The notes beneath the pieces are model-generated. The model searched no databases. It was not told the origin of the DNA and was given only the letters and a program-made list of their open reading frames with translations. Source: Phaeosaccion multiseriatum (lineage: Eukaryota; Protista; Ochrophyta, other classes). Taken from it: a stretch of DNA of 64,000 nt. The DNA lies in assembly GCA_965112735.1 (NCBI GenBank), contig OZ218963.1:2914001-2978000 (forward strand). Reading direction: 5' to 3'. Both the position numbers and the translations under genes were made by a program. Of the stretch, positions 1 through 11,126 are shown piece by piece; position 1 is the stretch's first letter, and every line of letters begins with the position of its first letter.

Positions 1-256
1 GCTATACCAAGTACAAGTAGTAGTAGCTGGGGAGGGGTGGCCGGTGCAGGCCGATTCCTCTTGTGGGGCAAAGGTTGCTAGAAGATGATATGGTGTTAGA
101 CGAGCGTTTCACTTGGGGCAAAACGTGTGTTCAGATGAGGGAAGATTCGTGTGTCGACACACCATCTTCGCACGCACTCGTTAACGCCCCCGCCCTCGCC
201 CCCCCCGCGCCCCTCACCCCCTCCAAACACACACAAACACACACACGCACGCACAG

Positions 257-1264
257 GCACGAACACGCCGAGTGAAGGAAGACCCTCTCCGATCGCACCC
301 CATGTTCGCCTCTGCCGTGCTGTCAGTGTTCCGGGAGGCAGTCAACCGACGGCTCTTCTCCGTTGTGCGTGAGCAGAAGCGTCTCACCTACGATGCGAAC
401 CTCAACCTCACGAGCTTTGAGCGCCTTTTGGGCAGTTGGTACCTCATTACTGTAACGGCCAACCCCGAGAATAAGGAGAAGGCGTTGCAGGCGTGCAAGG
501 ATATTATGGAGTCGTTAACAACAACCTTCCCCATTACCAACGACAATGTGGAGAGCACCAAGCGAGTGCTCATCAATCGACAGGAGAATGACGTGAGGAA
601 TAACTTCTTTTGGGGAGAGCAGATGAGCGGCATTCAGATGGACTGCATACCCAACAAGGATATCAGCTGCCTTAGGGATTACCCTCACGTTGTCAACAGG
701 TTAGTGTGTATGTATGTGTGGCCAGAGGGGGGGAGGCGCCGGAATGGGAATGTTTTTGTTTAAAGGCTCGTTGCGCCTGCCTGTACGTGCACCTCCTCCC
801 TCTCTCTCTCTCTCCCCTTGCAGCTAGCAAGCCATACCCTCTCCCTTCTTCTCTCTTGCCATACCCTCTCGGTTGACTTGAGCTCTGAATAGGGCGTGAT
901 CTTGTGACCTTTGCGCCCTCTTGGGCTGCTTTGCCTCCCACTCTCTCGCCCACCCCTCCAAACTCCGCAACCCCACCTCGACCCTCACCCCCACTCCCTC
1001 TCTCTCCTTCTCCTCGTGCTGCTGCTCTGCTTTGCTTGTCCGCTCTCTCTGTATGTGTGTTTTTGCCCCTCTTGCTTTCACTCTTACTTACGTAGTGTGA
1101 CGAAGGAGGATATTCAAGTGCTGATGAAATACATCACCTCCGAGCCGAATGAAGTGTTCACATGCATTGGTACCAGTGGCGGGCTGGAGAGGGAGGATGA
1201 TGATGTTGCCCCGTCAACCGTGGGCTTCCGAACGGGAGGGAGCACTATGACGCTGATGCATTAG
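257..1264 (+). CDS. SPP: Stromal processing peptidase (M16 family), last two exons (257-699, 1096-1264); 5' part lies outside the window
   Basis: RLFSVVREQKRLTYD..FERLLGSWYLITVT..KALQACK..KRVLINRQE..N.FW..KDISC..FTCIG resembles the plant SPP C-terminus as I recall it. The GT-AG intron 700-1095 keeps the frame. Confidence 0.85.
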
Positions 1265-1639
1265 ACGCATTTGAATTAGGCCCCCTCTTGTACGTTCTAT
1301 TTATATATAACACCTTCTCTTCGCACAAAGTAGAGATGAAAGTGGGATGCTGCTGCGTGCTGCTCTATGTGGTTGGAGGATTCCACACGGGCAGAAGGCC
1401 GGGCCATGGAGCGATGTGTATCCAAATGTCTATATCTCTCACAGCTATGTTCTGTTCTCGTACCACCACCAGACCAACACAATTGTGCCCCTCGGCCAAC
1501 AGCTTTTGAGCTTCCTGTCGTCGTTGGCGTGGCCACCAGTCACCAGTGGTCCCGCTCCTTGCCCTGACCACCTTTGGGCTCTGCAAAGCTTTGGAGAGGG
1601 ACACTTGCTGACGCCGCGGGCCGGCCGATTCCTCCTCAG

Positions 1640-1830
1640 TCGACCCCTGACACACTATCCGCTATCCGCTATCGCCGGCGCCAGCCGGCGCGCTATCCGC
1701 TATCGGCCGGCGCCAGCCGGCGCGCTATCCGCTATCGGCCGGCGCCAGCCGGCACGCTATCCGCTATCGGCCCCCGGGGGCGCCGATAGCGCGCTATCGA
1801 GAATGTGGGCGATAGTGTGTCAGGGGTCGA
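1640..1830. mobile_element. MITE, subfamily C, 191 bp
   Basis: Perfect 20-bp TIR TCGACCCCTGACACACTATC / GATAGTGTGTCAGGGGTCGA; 6-bp TSD CCTCAG (1634-39, 1831-36); internal ~33-bp tandem units CGCTATCCGCTATCG(G)CCGGCGCCAGCCGG; related copies at 45563 and 45753. Confidence 0.92.
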
Positions 1831-2334
1831 CCTCAGGGGTACTAAAAACTAGAAATTTCAATTTCACAGTAAAGAAACACAAGCTGCATGCCCAGGGCAA
1901 CGGCCTCGACTCGTCCCTCTGCGACAAACCCCCGTCCCGTGGAAGGGAGTCCCAATCACGAAATGTTACAAGGACCCAAAGTTTTTGTTGCGCTCCCGTT
2001 ACTGTAAAGCAGAGTAGTACTACGAAGAAGGGAAAGCAAAATAAGCCTGTGATATTACAAAGAGCTTTAAGAACTGATGCCCCGCCCCTCCCTGCCTCTT
2101 GTTCCGTTTGTGATGGCAAGTGGCAAGTGGCCTGATCTGTGTCTCTCCTCACCGTCCGTTACCGTCCGTTACCGTCCGCTCTTTCATGTTGTGTCATGGC
2201 CTGGCTCGCCGCCATGGCCATGCCCACGTGCCCCCCCTCGGCGCCCTATTGAAAATGGCTTGCCTGGAGGAGTCTCCGAGTATCAAACAAGCCCCCCTGT
2301 TTCTGTCTGTCCTGCACCTACCGTACCCTAACCT

Positions 2335-4539
2335 CTAGCCGCCGCCATGCTCTCTCGACTTGCCTTCCACTTTGGGCCTCTTAACGTCGCGCTCCGCCGA
2401 AGGAGACACTGTTTGCCCTTTGTCTTTGCTGCCCCCTCCTCCCCCTCCTCCTCCTCCTCCTCCTCCTGCTGCTCCTGCTCCTCCTCCTACCCCTCCTCCT
2501 GCTCCTCCTCCTCCTCCTCCTCCTCCTCCTCCTCCTCCTCCTCCTCCTACGCCTCCCCCTCCTGCTCCTCCTCCTGCTCCTCCTCCTCCTCCTCCACAAC
2601 CACCACTACCACCTCCTCCTCCTCCTGCTGCTGCATTTTCACCACCTGCTGCATCACCACCTGCTGCTGCTTCTCTGCCAGCATCGTCGCCTCCTCCCGA
2701 GGCTGCTTCCCCCCTCCCCTTCTTGTCCCCACCTCGTCCTTTGTCGCTCTTCGTCCCACTCGTCCTTCCACTTCCCCCGCTGCTCCCCCGACTCCGTTTC
2801 CCATTGCTGCTCCCGTAACTCTTGCTCTTGCCCTTGTCCCTACTCTTACCCTGGGCCCTATTCTTACTGCTGCCACTGGATACACTCCTACTGGTTGCTT
2901 GGCGCCCGTTCGCCCCCCCCCCCCCTCCTCCTCCTCCACGACCACCAGAAGCCGCTTCTGCCCCCTGTCCTTCTCCTGCCCCCTGGCCTTCAGCATCCTC
3001 TGCGTTCCCCCCTGCCCCCGCCGCTGCAGCTCCGCCTCCCTTGCTGCTTGCTCCTCCTCCTCCACCCGCCTTCCCCGATGCTGCAGCAGCTCCCCCGGCC
3101 CCTGCCCCGCCACCGGAGACAATGGCCCGCTTCTGCGCGCAATTGGCCGATTTGTGTATTTTAAAGCCAAAGATTCTCGGCGTGTACACTTCGTTGCTGG
3201 GCTCAGACACGCGTGTCTCGAACGTCATAAAGAATAAGTGCGCGAAGGATGTCCCGAAAAATGCCCCGTCCAGTGGCTCACCTCCGTGAGGTACCTTCAG
3301 TGTTGATTGGGGAGCAAAGGGAAAAGTGGGTAAAACTGCGTGACTAAATCATCAATACCCTTTCAATCCTTCGTTCCTCTTTGATGTTTATTTGAGCAGC
3401 TAGCAAAAACACCCACCCCACCCAGCACACTCCAAAAACGAGCAAAGCAAAGGAGAAAGGGACTAAGAGCCAAGAGTACAGCAAGTACAAAATAAACTCC
3501 CCCCTCCCCCCTCACCTGAGCGTTATACACTTCTCCACAGTTTGGGCAGTAGAGGCGCACAGGCTCCTTCTTGGGTTCGTCGCTCAGGCCAAGCGGCACC
3601 ACAGGCTGATTGGTACACAGCATGCGCGGGCAGCGTCCGAACTCTGCCAGTCGGTATTTCATATACATCGCCTCGAGGCCACGTGTGGTGACAATGAAAC
3701 GCGCGTGGATGAGTCCGTAGAGCATGAAGGCACCCTGCGCCACGTGCGGGTCCTGACACTCCTCTGCCGCTGTTTTGTCCAATATAATGTCCAAGCACTC
3801 CTGTTGGTTGTTCGGTGTCAATTTGTCATTTGTCAACACAGGGTGGGTGAGGAGGGGCCGGAGGGAGGGCGGAGGGCAGGGCGGTGAGCAGGGAGGCAGG
3901 CAGGGAGGCGGGGAGGAGAAGGGCTTTGGTAGAGTTTGACACGACGGGCGACGAGCAAAACAGGGCGCTTTCCCCAGTGAAGATGCCATAACCATCCACC
4001 CCTTTCTGTATGGCTTCTCCCCTCCTTCTCGGATTGCGTACTTGGCTGGGCACAATGACAATGAGCCCCCCGTCTCTTCTTTCTCCTCCTCCCCCGTACC
4101 CCTTCCCGAACGAGACTGCGGCGTGGCTGCCTCGCCGTCTAACGGAGAGCGGGGCAGGGGGGTGGGGTTCTCCGTCTTCCCTGCCTCTACTCTTTCCGCC
4201 CCTCCTACTAGATAGTCTCAAAGCACTACGGGCTTTCCAGGGCAGAGCTTCAAAGCATACACCCTGCCACCCGGCCTCCCCAACCCCTTCCCATTCGATC
4301 CAATAGTAGCCCACCCACTACAGCAACGAAAGCCTCCTCGTCTCTGCCAGGAAGAACTTAACCCCCAACACACAATACACACACCGCACCTGAAAACTTG
4401 GGAAGTGGTGTCGAAGTCCGTACAGGTTGAAGCCGTCCTCAATGTAGCTGCGGTCCACCTCGCACAGCATATCGCTACACGTAAGCTCCAGCAAACACCC
4501 TATCCAATTTTCCCCGTGCTCGCAACTGCTTTCACTCAT
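2335..4539 (-). CDS. CKB: Casein kinase II regulatory (beta) subunit-like, divergent, with long Gly-rich C-terminal extension; exons 4539-4390, 3800-3516, 3294-2335
   Basis: Motifs CEVDRSYIEDGFNLYGL, LYGLIHARFIVT.RGL, FGRCPR..C, V.LYCPNC.EVY, DGAFFGTSFAHLFFMT and YTPRIFGFKIH; both introns are phase-0 GT-AG. Confidence 0.92.
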
Positions 4540-5348
4540 ACCACCATCCAATATAAGAGCACTAAAAGCAGGGAGCCACGTGCCCTACAGCATCCCGGTT
4601 TGCCGTCTCACTAGAGGGAGAAAGTGATCCCACTCCGATTCCCTGCACACTGTCTAGCAAGCCACTGCTGGTGCTGCCGCCGCTCTGAGAGGTTGTTATG
4701 GTCGTTGAGCTGCCCCAAGACATGCATAGGGAGAGAAGGGACCGAACGGGGGGCAGCAGGGTTAGTTAGGGTAAGGCTCTGTTTTCCCCTCTCCTCTCTC
4801 CTCCTTCCCTCGGATCGCCTCCGATCGTCTCTGCTCTCCCCTCGTCTCTACAATCCCCTCGTCCCCTCGGCTCCTTTCTCCTCGTCTCGTCGCGTCCCCA
4901 TCCCCTTCCTCTCCCCGCGCCCTCTCCTCCCCCTCTCCCTCCTCTCGCCCGCTCCCTGTCTTCTCCCGCCCGCCTCTCCTCCTCGCGATCCTCTGGATCC
5001 CGCGTCCTAAGTACGGCCGTTCCTTCGTCTGGGGCGGGATTCAGTCAGCTGACAGAGATGACCACACCAACTCCCTCCAACTTTCCTCCACTCCCCTCCC
5101 TCTTACCCCAGCACGTACGTCTCAGCGCCTCTGAGCTCTCTCCCCGCGCTGCTGTGATGCTGTGATTTGGTCACGTCACACACCCGGGAAAGGGGGCCAG
5201 GGCGAAACTCAAATTAATTGAACTAGAGAGGAGGAAGAAGCGATTTTTTTGATGCAAGAAGCAGCTGCTTGTGTTGTTATTGCTGTTGCTCTGCTGCTCT
5301 ACTGCTTCTGCTGCTCTGCTGCTTTGTCTGTGAAACCATCCGTCCAAG

Positions 5349-6956
5349 ATGGTGGCCTTCGGGCTGAAATACAAGGACAATGTCGTGAGCAAGGTGTGGG
5401 ATTGGGGGCCGATGGGAGCCCCTCCTGCTGCTACTTGCTGTTGTGATGCTGCTAGTGCTGCCGCAGCTATGGAAGCAAAGAGCTTGTCAGCCGACTCGTA
5501 GCAGAAGAAAGGCTTGAATGACTAATAGCTCCATGCCCTCCCCCCCCTCCCCCCCTCCCCCCCTTCTCTCGAACTTGCTCGCTCCTTGGTATACCAGTGG
5601 GAGCCTTACTACCTGGACTACCCCAAGCTAAAGGTGGAGCTCAAAAAGAGGGTCAAGGCACTGCATGCGAGATACAACCGCAGCCTGAGCTCTTCTTCCC
5701 TGGCAGCATCAGAGCATGAGGCGAGCAAGAAGACGGCCCAGAAGAACTTTAGCGCGGCTCCGCGAAGGGTGGGCGATGCAGCAGCAGGGGGATTACTGGG
5801 GGTCTCTGGCAGAGAGGCGGAGGAGGAGGGGGGGGAGAGGCCCCCACCGTCAGAACGCTCCCTCCTGAGCACCATTTCACCCTTCAATCGCATGTACTCT
5901 GTGGATGGGCTGGCTTCCTCTTCCGTGCCCTTTTCGGAGCTGTTGGAGGTGAGGAGGCAATGGCAGTAGCTGGCTAGGTGTGGTGGGTAGAAGTGGAAGA
6001 GAGCACAAGCAGCACTCAGGGTTGAAGTTGTTGTGTGCCCCCCCCAGGCGCACCAACCAACTCTCCTTTTTGCGCCACCTGCCTGCTCTGCGCGGTCCTG
6101 CTGTGCACTCATTTGAATAACAGGGCGAGATGGAAAAAGTGGACCGCTTCTTCAACGGAGAGGCTCAGTCCCAGAGAGAGAGACTGGACTTCCACACCCT
6201 GGAGGATGAAGAGGGCGCCTACAGCCGACGGAACTCTTTGGACAGCCGGCGCAACTCCATGGAGGATCAAACCGACGACTTTGAAGGTGATGAACGGAGG
6301 CGGGGGGTTAGGGGTGGTCCCTGTGTTTTTAATTGAGGACTGAAACAACATATATCTAACATAATCGATGTGCTGGGATTCCCCCCCCCCCGCCCTTTCC
6401 CCCGATGTGAATGAATATGCACAGGAGCCTCCTCGGGAAGAGTGGTGAGCGACGCGTTCAGGGCGGGGGGCAACAAGCCCCAGCAGGTGGCTACCCACAT
6501 CGGTGTTATCAATGCCGTGCGACGCTCACGGTCGCTGTATAGGGATCGTGACGGCGAGGAGGAGGAGGAGGAGGAGGGGCAGGACGACGAGGGGGGGGCA
6601 GGAAGCAGAGAAGGGAGTGTCGGTCTGGACGTTGAGCGGGGGGATCGCAGGGAAGTGAGCTTCTCTGCTGACATCGGGGGTGGGGATGATGTATTGAGCG
6701 CCAGCGGCTCGGGACCGTCGGTGCTGAAGAAGCGCCAGAGCGCAAGCACATCTCATCTGTTGTCGAAGATGAAGGGGCCAGGGATGGACGGTTCTACGGA
6801 GGGGGACATTCCCACGGCGAGGAGGCTGAGCGTTACGAAGCGGCTGAGGAGGGTGGTGAAGCGAGTCAGCAGCAAGGACTGGGGCAGCGAGAAGATCAGC
6901 AAGGAGGCAGACAGCCTCAAGCGAGCAATCTCCGAGATCTACAGGGACATGACGCT

Positions 6957-6988
<32 letters not shown>

Positions 6989-8843
6989 GGTGTGTGTATA
7001 CGTGTATGTGTATGTGTGTGTCGGTGTGTGTATGTGTGTGTATATGTGTATGTGTAGGTGTGTGTGTGCATGCGCGTGCGTGGGTGAGAGTGGGCGTGGT
7101 GGTCATGAGGGACGTACAAGTTCTGCACGAAGGGTCAGGGAGGGCATATGGGACACTGAGAGGCAAAGGGTCGGCGGGGATGCACCGGACAGCCCTCTAG
7201 AAACATCAGAGAGGAGGGAGGTGGACGGAGCATGTTGGCTCTCCAGTATGCCGCGAGACAATCCTCTGCGGCTGTTGTCTTCCCTCCTTCCACGCCACTC
7301 CTTCTTTCGCTTTTCTTTGGTGACGAGCACCCGTCTCCCCAATGCTCTCTCCTCCCCCTCTCTTCGGTTAGCCGTGTCCTGCCACCTACCATGTGGTCGA
7401 TCTGTCCCATCTATCCATCCTCACCATGTGGTCGATATATCCCATCTATCCATCCTCACCATGTGGTCGATCTGTCCCATCTATCCATCCTCACCATGTG
7501 GTCGATATATCCCATCTATCCATCCTCCATCCACAGCTTCGCAACTTTGCGACCATCAACTACACGGCGTGTGTGAAGATCAGCAAGAAGCACGACAAGC
7601 AAATAGAGAAGTGCTTGAAGGAGTGCGGGGCTTCGGAGAGCGAGATGGAGCAAAGCAAGATCAGCCCTAAAATGCTGCTCAAGCTCAAGCTCATGGCCTT
7701 TGCAGAGTGCGAGGACCTGGAAGCCATCATGCATGTGAGTCTGTGTGTGTGTGTGTGTGTGTCTGTGTGTGTGTGTGTCTGTCTGTGTGTGTGTATGTAT
7801 CTCTGTGTGTCTGTGTCTGTGTCTGTCTATGGGTGTGGGTGTGGATGAGTGCGTGTGTATGTACGTGTGTGTTACAGTGTGTGTGTGCGTGTAAGTCTGT
7901 ATGCGTGTTTGCGCGTGTAGACCTCTTCGCAAAGGAAGTGCTGACAAGGAGGGAATGGGGGAATGGAGCAGGCTCTGGGACGATCCGTATGCTTCTACAT
8001 GGTCCCACCTCTCCTCATGGATTGCCTTCCCTCTCCCCGTATGGGCTGTAGGTCCCATGGGGGTGTTGCCTCGGGGGGGGGGGGGGGATAATGGTCCGCA
8101 CCTCGCCTCCTACTTTCTGGGCACATTCCATATGCCTCCATATGCCGTTCATACCCACCCCCATATCATACCCTCTCTTTCTCCTTCTGCGATGCTTGTC
8201 CAGACATGCGAGAAGCGATTCTCATACGCCTTTTGCGGAGGGGATATTGAGGTAGCGAGGGGCATGTTGCTGCCGCAGAAGTCAGACGAAACCCAGGTTT
8301 GTATTTTTTATGTGTAGTTCCCTCTCTGTTTTGTGCGTATCTTTGTGTGTGTGTCTCTCTCTTTCTCTGTGATATACAAGTGCAAGTACAAGGGCAGGAA
8401 AAGGGGAAAGTGCAAGTACAAGGGCAGGTGGTGAGCTGCTGCCTGGGGGTGAGCATTTGTTCTGTGGTGGTTTCGAGTAGTACCTTTCCTTTGTGTGTGG
8501 CTCTTTCTTCGTGCCAGTCTCTCAACTCTTCCCCACCTCCGGCTGGGGCCCGGCTGGGGCCGGCCTTGGAGTAGATGCTGATGCTATCTACCTATTTACC
8601 TACCTACCTACCTACCTACCTACCTACCTACCTACCCACCCACCTACCTACGTACATGCCGTGTTTGTCCTCTCTCTGGTTGTGGAATGAGCAGGACTAC
8701 TCCGCCATGATACTGGGCTATCGCATGGGCATGGCTGCCATCTTGTTCGTGTGGGTGGCCTGGGATTGCGTCGCGCAGAGCTACGTCAACGGCACCGACC
8801 ACAGTATCTTTGTGCTGCCAGCGTTCTATGTGAGTCAACGAGT

Positions 8844-8891
<48 letters not shown>

Positions 8892-9820
8892 CATGGAGGC
8901 AAAGCGGGGAGGCACAGTTCTGACCTCGTCCGAACCAGTCAAGCAGCAGAGACATGCTTGCTTACAAATAGCTCACACAGTTTACAGCCAATTGTAGTCA
9001 GTCACCTTTTAATCCTTCCTCCCAAACGCCGCCAGCACTCCTTTGTGTCTCGCTTCTCTCTCTTCTCTTTTCTGACTTGGCCGCATGACCCGTTGCTGCT
9101 CCTCCTCCTTCCCTCTGCTGGCACCTCCCCCCTCTGTAGTGCTATCGAGCCTTTGGGGCGATTCTGCTGCTGCAGTGGGCTTGGGCGGTGTCCACTCTGT
9201 ACTGGACTCGGGCCCGCATCAACTACATCTACCTCTTCGAGCTGGACCCCAGGTGGGTAGAGCGGGGCGTGGGCGGGTGGATGGTGAGACGCGCCAGTTG
9301 TGCCTCTGCGTATGCTCACGTCACTCACGCGTCATTCTTTTTTTTTAGCAAAAAGCTCATTCATCCCCATCTGAACCGAGCTGAACTGAACCTGAACTTG
9401 ATCTTGAACTCGGCGCTCCATGCTTTCTGTTGTGTATTGTATTGTGTTGTGTTTGCAGGTGGACTGGCACCCCCGTGGACGTGTTCAACTCCTGCAGCAA
9501 GACCTCCATCTTCTTCGGCGCCAACATGCTGCTCTACTTCAAGTCCGAGATTGGCACTTTCCCGCGCGTCGTGCCCCCCGGGGTGTACCCCATGGCCATG
9601 ATGGTGTACGCTCTCGTACGCCTTGTCAGGCACCAGAAGAGCGGACGAGACCTCATTCAGGTACATGCATTATGTCAACAAGTATACACATATTTTATAA
9701 AGAAGGAAGAGAAGAGGCTGAGCTTGTGAAGTAGTACTACGTAAGCAGTTAGTCCCCGCCCCATCTCCATTATGCTGTTTCTTGTATTTCGCTCTCCGTT
9801 GCATTCATCTCTATTGCTGC

Positions 9821-9857
<37 letters not shown>

Positions 9858-11082
9858 GCTTTGGTGGTGGCGCTGCTGCTGCTGTATTGGTGTGATGTTG
9901 TGGTGTTGCTCTTGCCCTTGCTTTGCTATCGGCGTTGCTGTTGTCGTCGTTGTTGCTGTTCTCGCTCTTGCTCTTGCTCTTCCTCTTGCTCTTGCTGGGC
10001 TCTCGGCTCAACAGGCAGTGGGGCGGCTGCTGCGGACGCCGACCGTCAAAGTGGACTTCTACGTCACCTATGTCGCCGACGTGCTCACCTCGTCCGTCAA
10101 GACGCTGCAGGACCTCTGCTGGTGCGTCGCTTTCTTCCTGTCGGGAGACGTGTTCATGGAGCGGTGGGAGTACGAGTCGCTCGGCGGCAAGTGGCAGCGG
10201 AGCTTCGCGTACAAATCCGTGCTTATCCCCTGTGTGTGCATCTTTCCGCTGGCGCTGCGGTGCTTGCAGTGTCTACGACGGTATTACGACACAGGCAAGA
10301 GGAAGCCTAACCTTCTCAACACGCTCAAGGTAAGTCAGTAAAGGTGCAGAATAGAATAATGATGATTGATGTGATGACAAGGATGAGGTTTGTTTTGATT
10401 GCAAGGATGATGTTTGTCATTTGATTACAGCGCAGCAAACGAGCAGACGTACGGCACAACGTCCGACCGACAAGTGCCGACAAGTGCCAAGGTTTCCCCC
10501 TTCCCCATTGTCCGTCGATGGCCCCCCCTTTTTTGGCCGCTGCGAAAATTGATCATCTGCAGCCGAGAGTTGGGCGTCCTCGTATCAGCCGAGTATTAGT
10601 ATCGCAGTCGAGTGTGTGCCAACCTTTCCTTCCCCTCTGCCCTTCGCCTCCTTGTGCTCTGCTCTGCTCTGCCCTGATTTTCCTCAGTACGCCATGGCGC
10701 AAACGGTGTCTATTTTCGGAGTCATCAGTCCGGGTGCGAAGAACGTGGGCATATTCCGGTGAGTGCAGTTTGAAACGTCTGAAACACCACCCATATCTTT
10801 CTCCAACCGTAACCGCCTCCTCCCCCCCCTCCATGTTGGGGCTCCCTCAATGGGCCGTTGGGTGGGGAGGACACAGGAGTTGCAGCAGCAAGGATAAAAG
10901 CGGGGCTCCGGGATTGGGGTGGCACGGATTTCAGCGTACCCTTCGTACCACCTTGCTGCTGTGTGTTGCTCTGTGTGTGGTGTGTGTGTGTCCCTCTCGC
11001 TCACAGTGTCCGTCCCTCTCTCTCTCTTCCCCTCCCCCCCTCTCTCTCCCCCGCTTCGCTCTCTCCCTGTGTGTATCCCCCT

Positions 11083-11126
<44 letters not shown>

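Noticed and set aside
1655-1770. ~33-bp repeats as a CRISPR array
   Set aside because: The units are directly tandem with no unique spacers, lie inside a TIR/TSD-bounded MITE, and the context is eukaryotic with no cas genes.
1634-1836. The 1640 MITE as a second perfect introner (G|T..CCTCAG)
   Set aside because: Splicing would delete one host base, and the site appears intergenic.
2347-3289. Poly-Pro and poly-Ser ORFs on the + strand
   Set aside because: They are antisense shadows of the CK2 beta Gly-rich exon.
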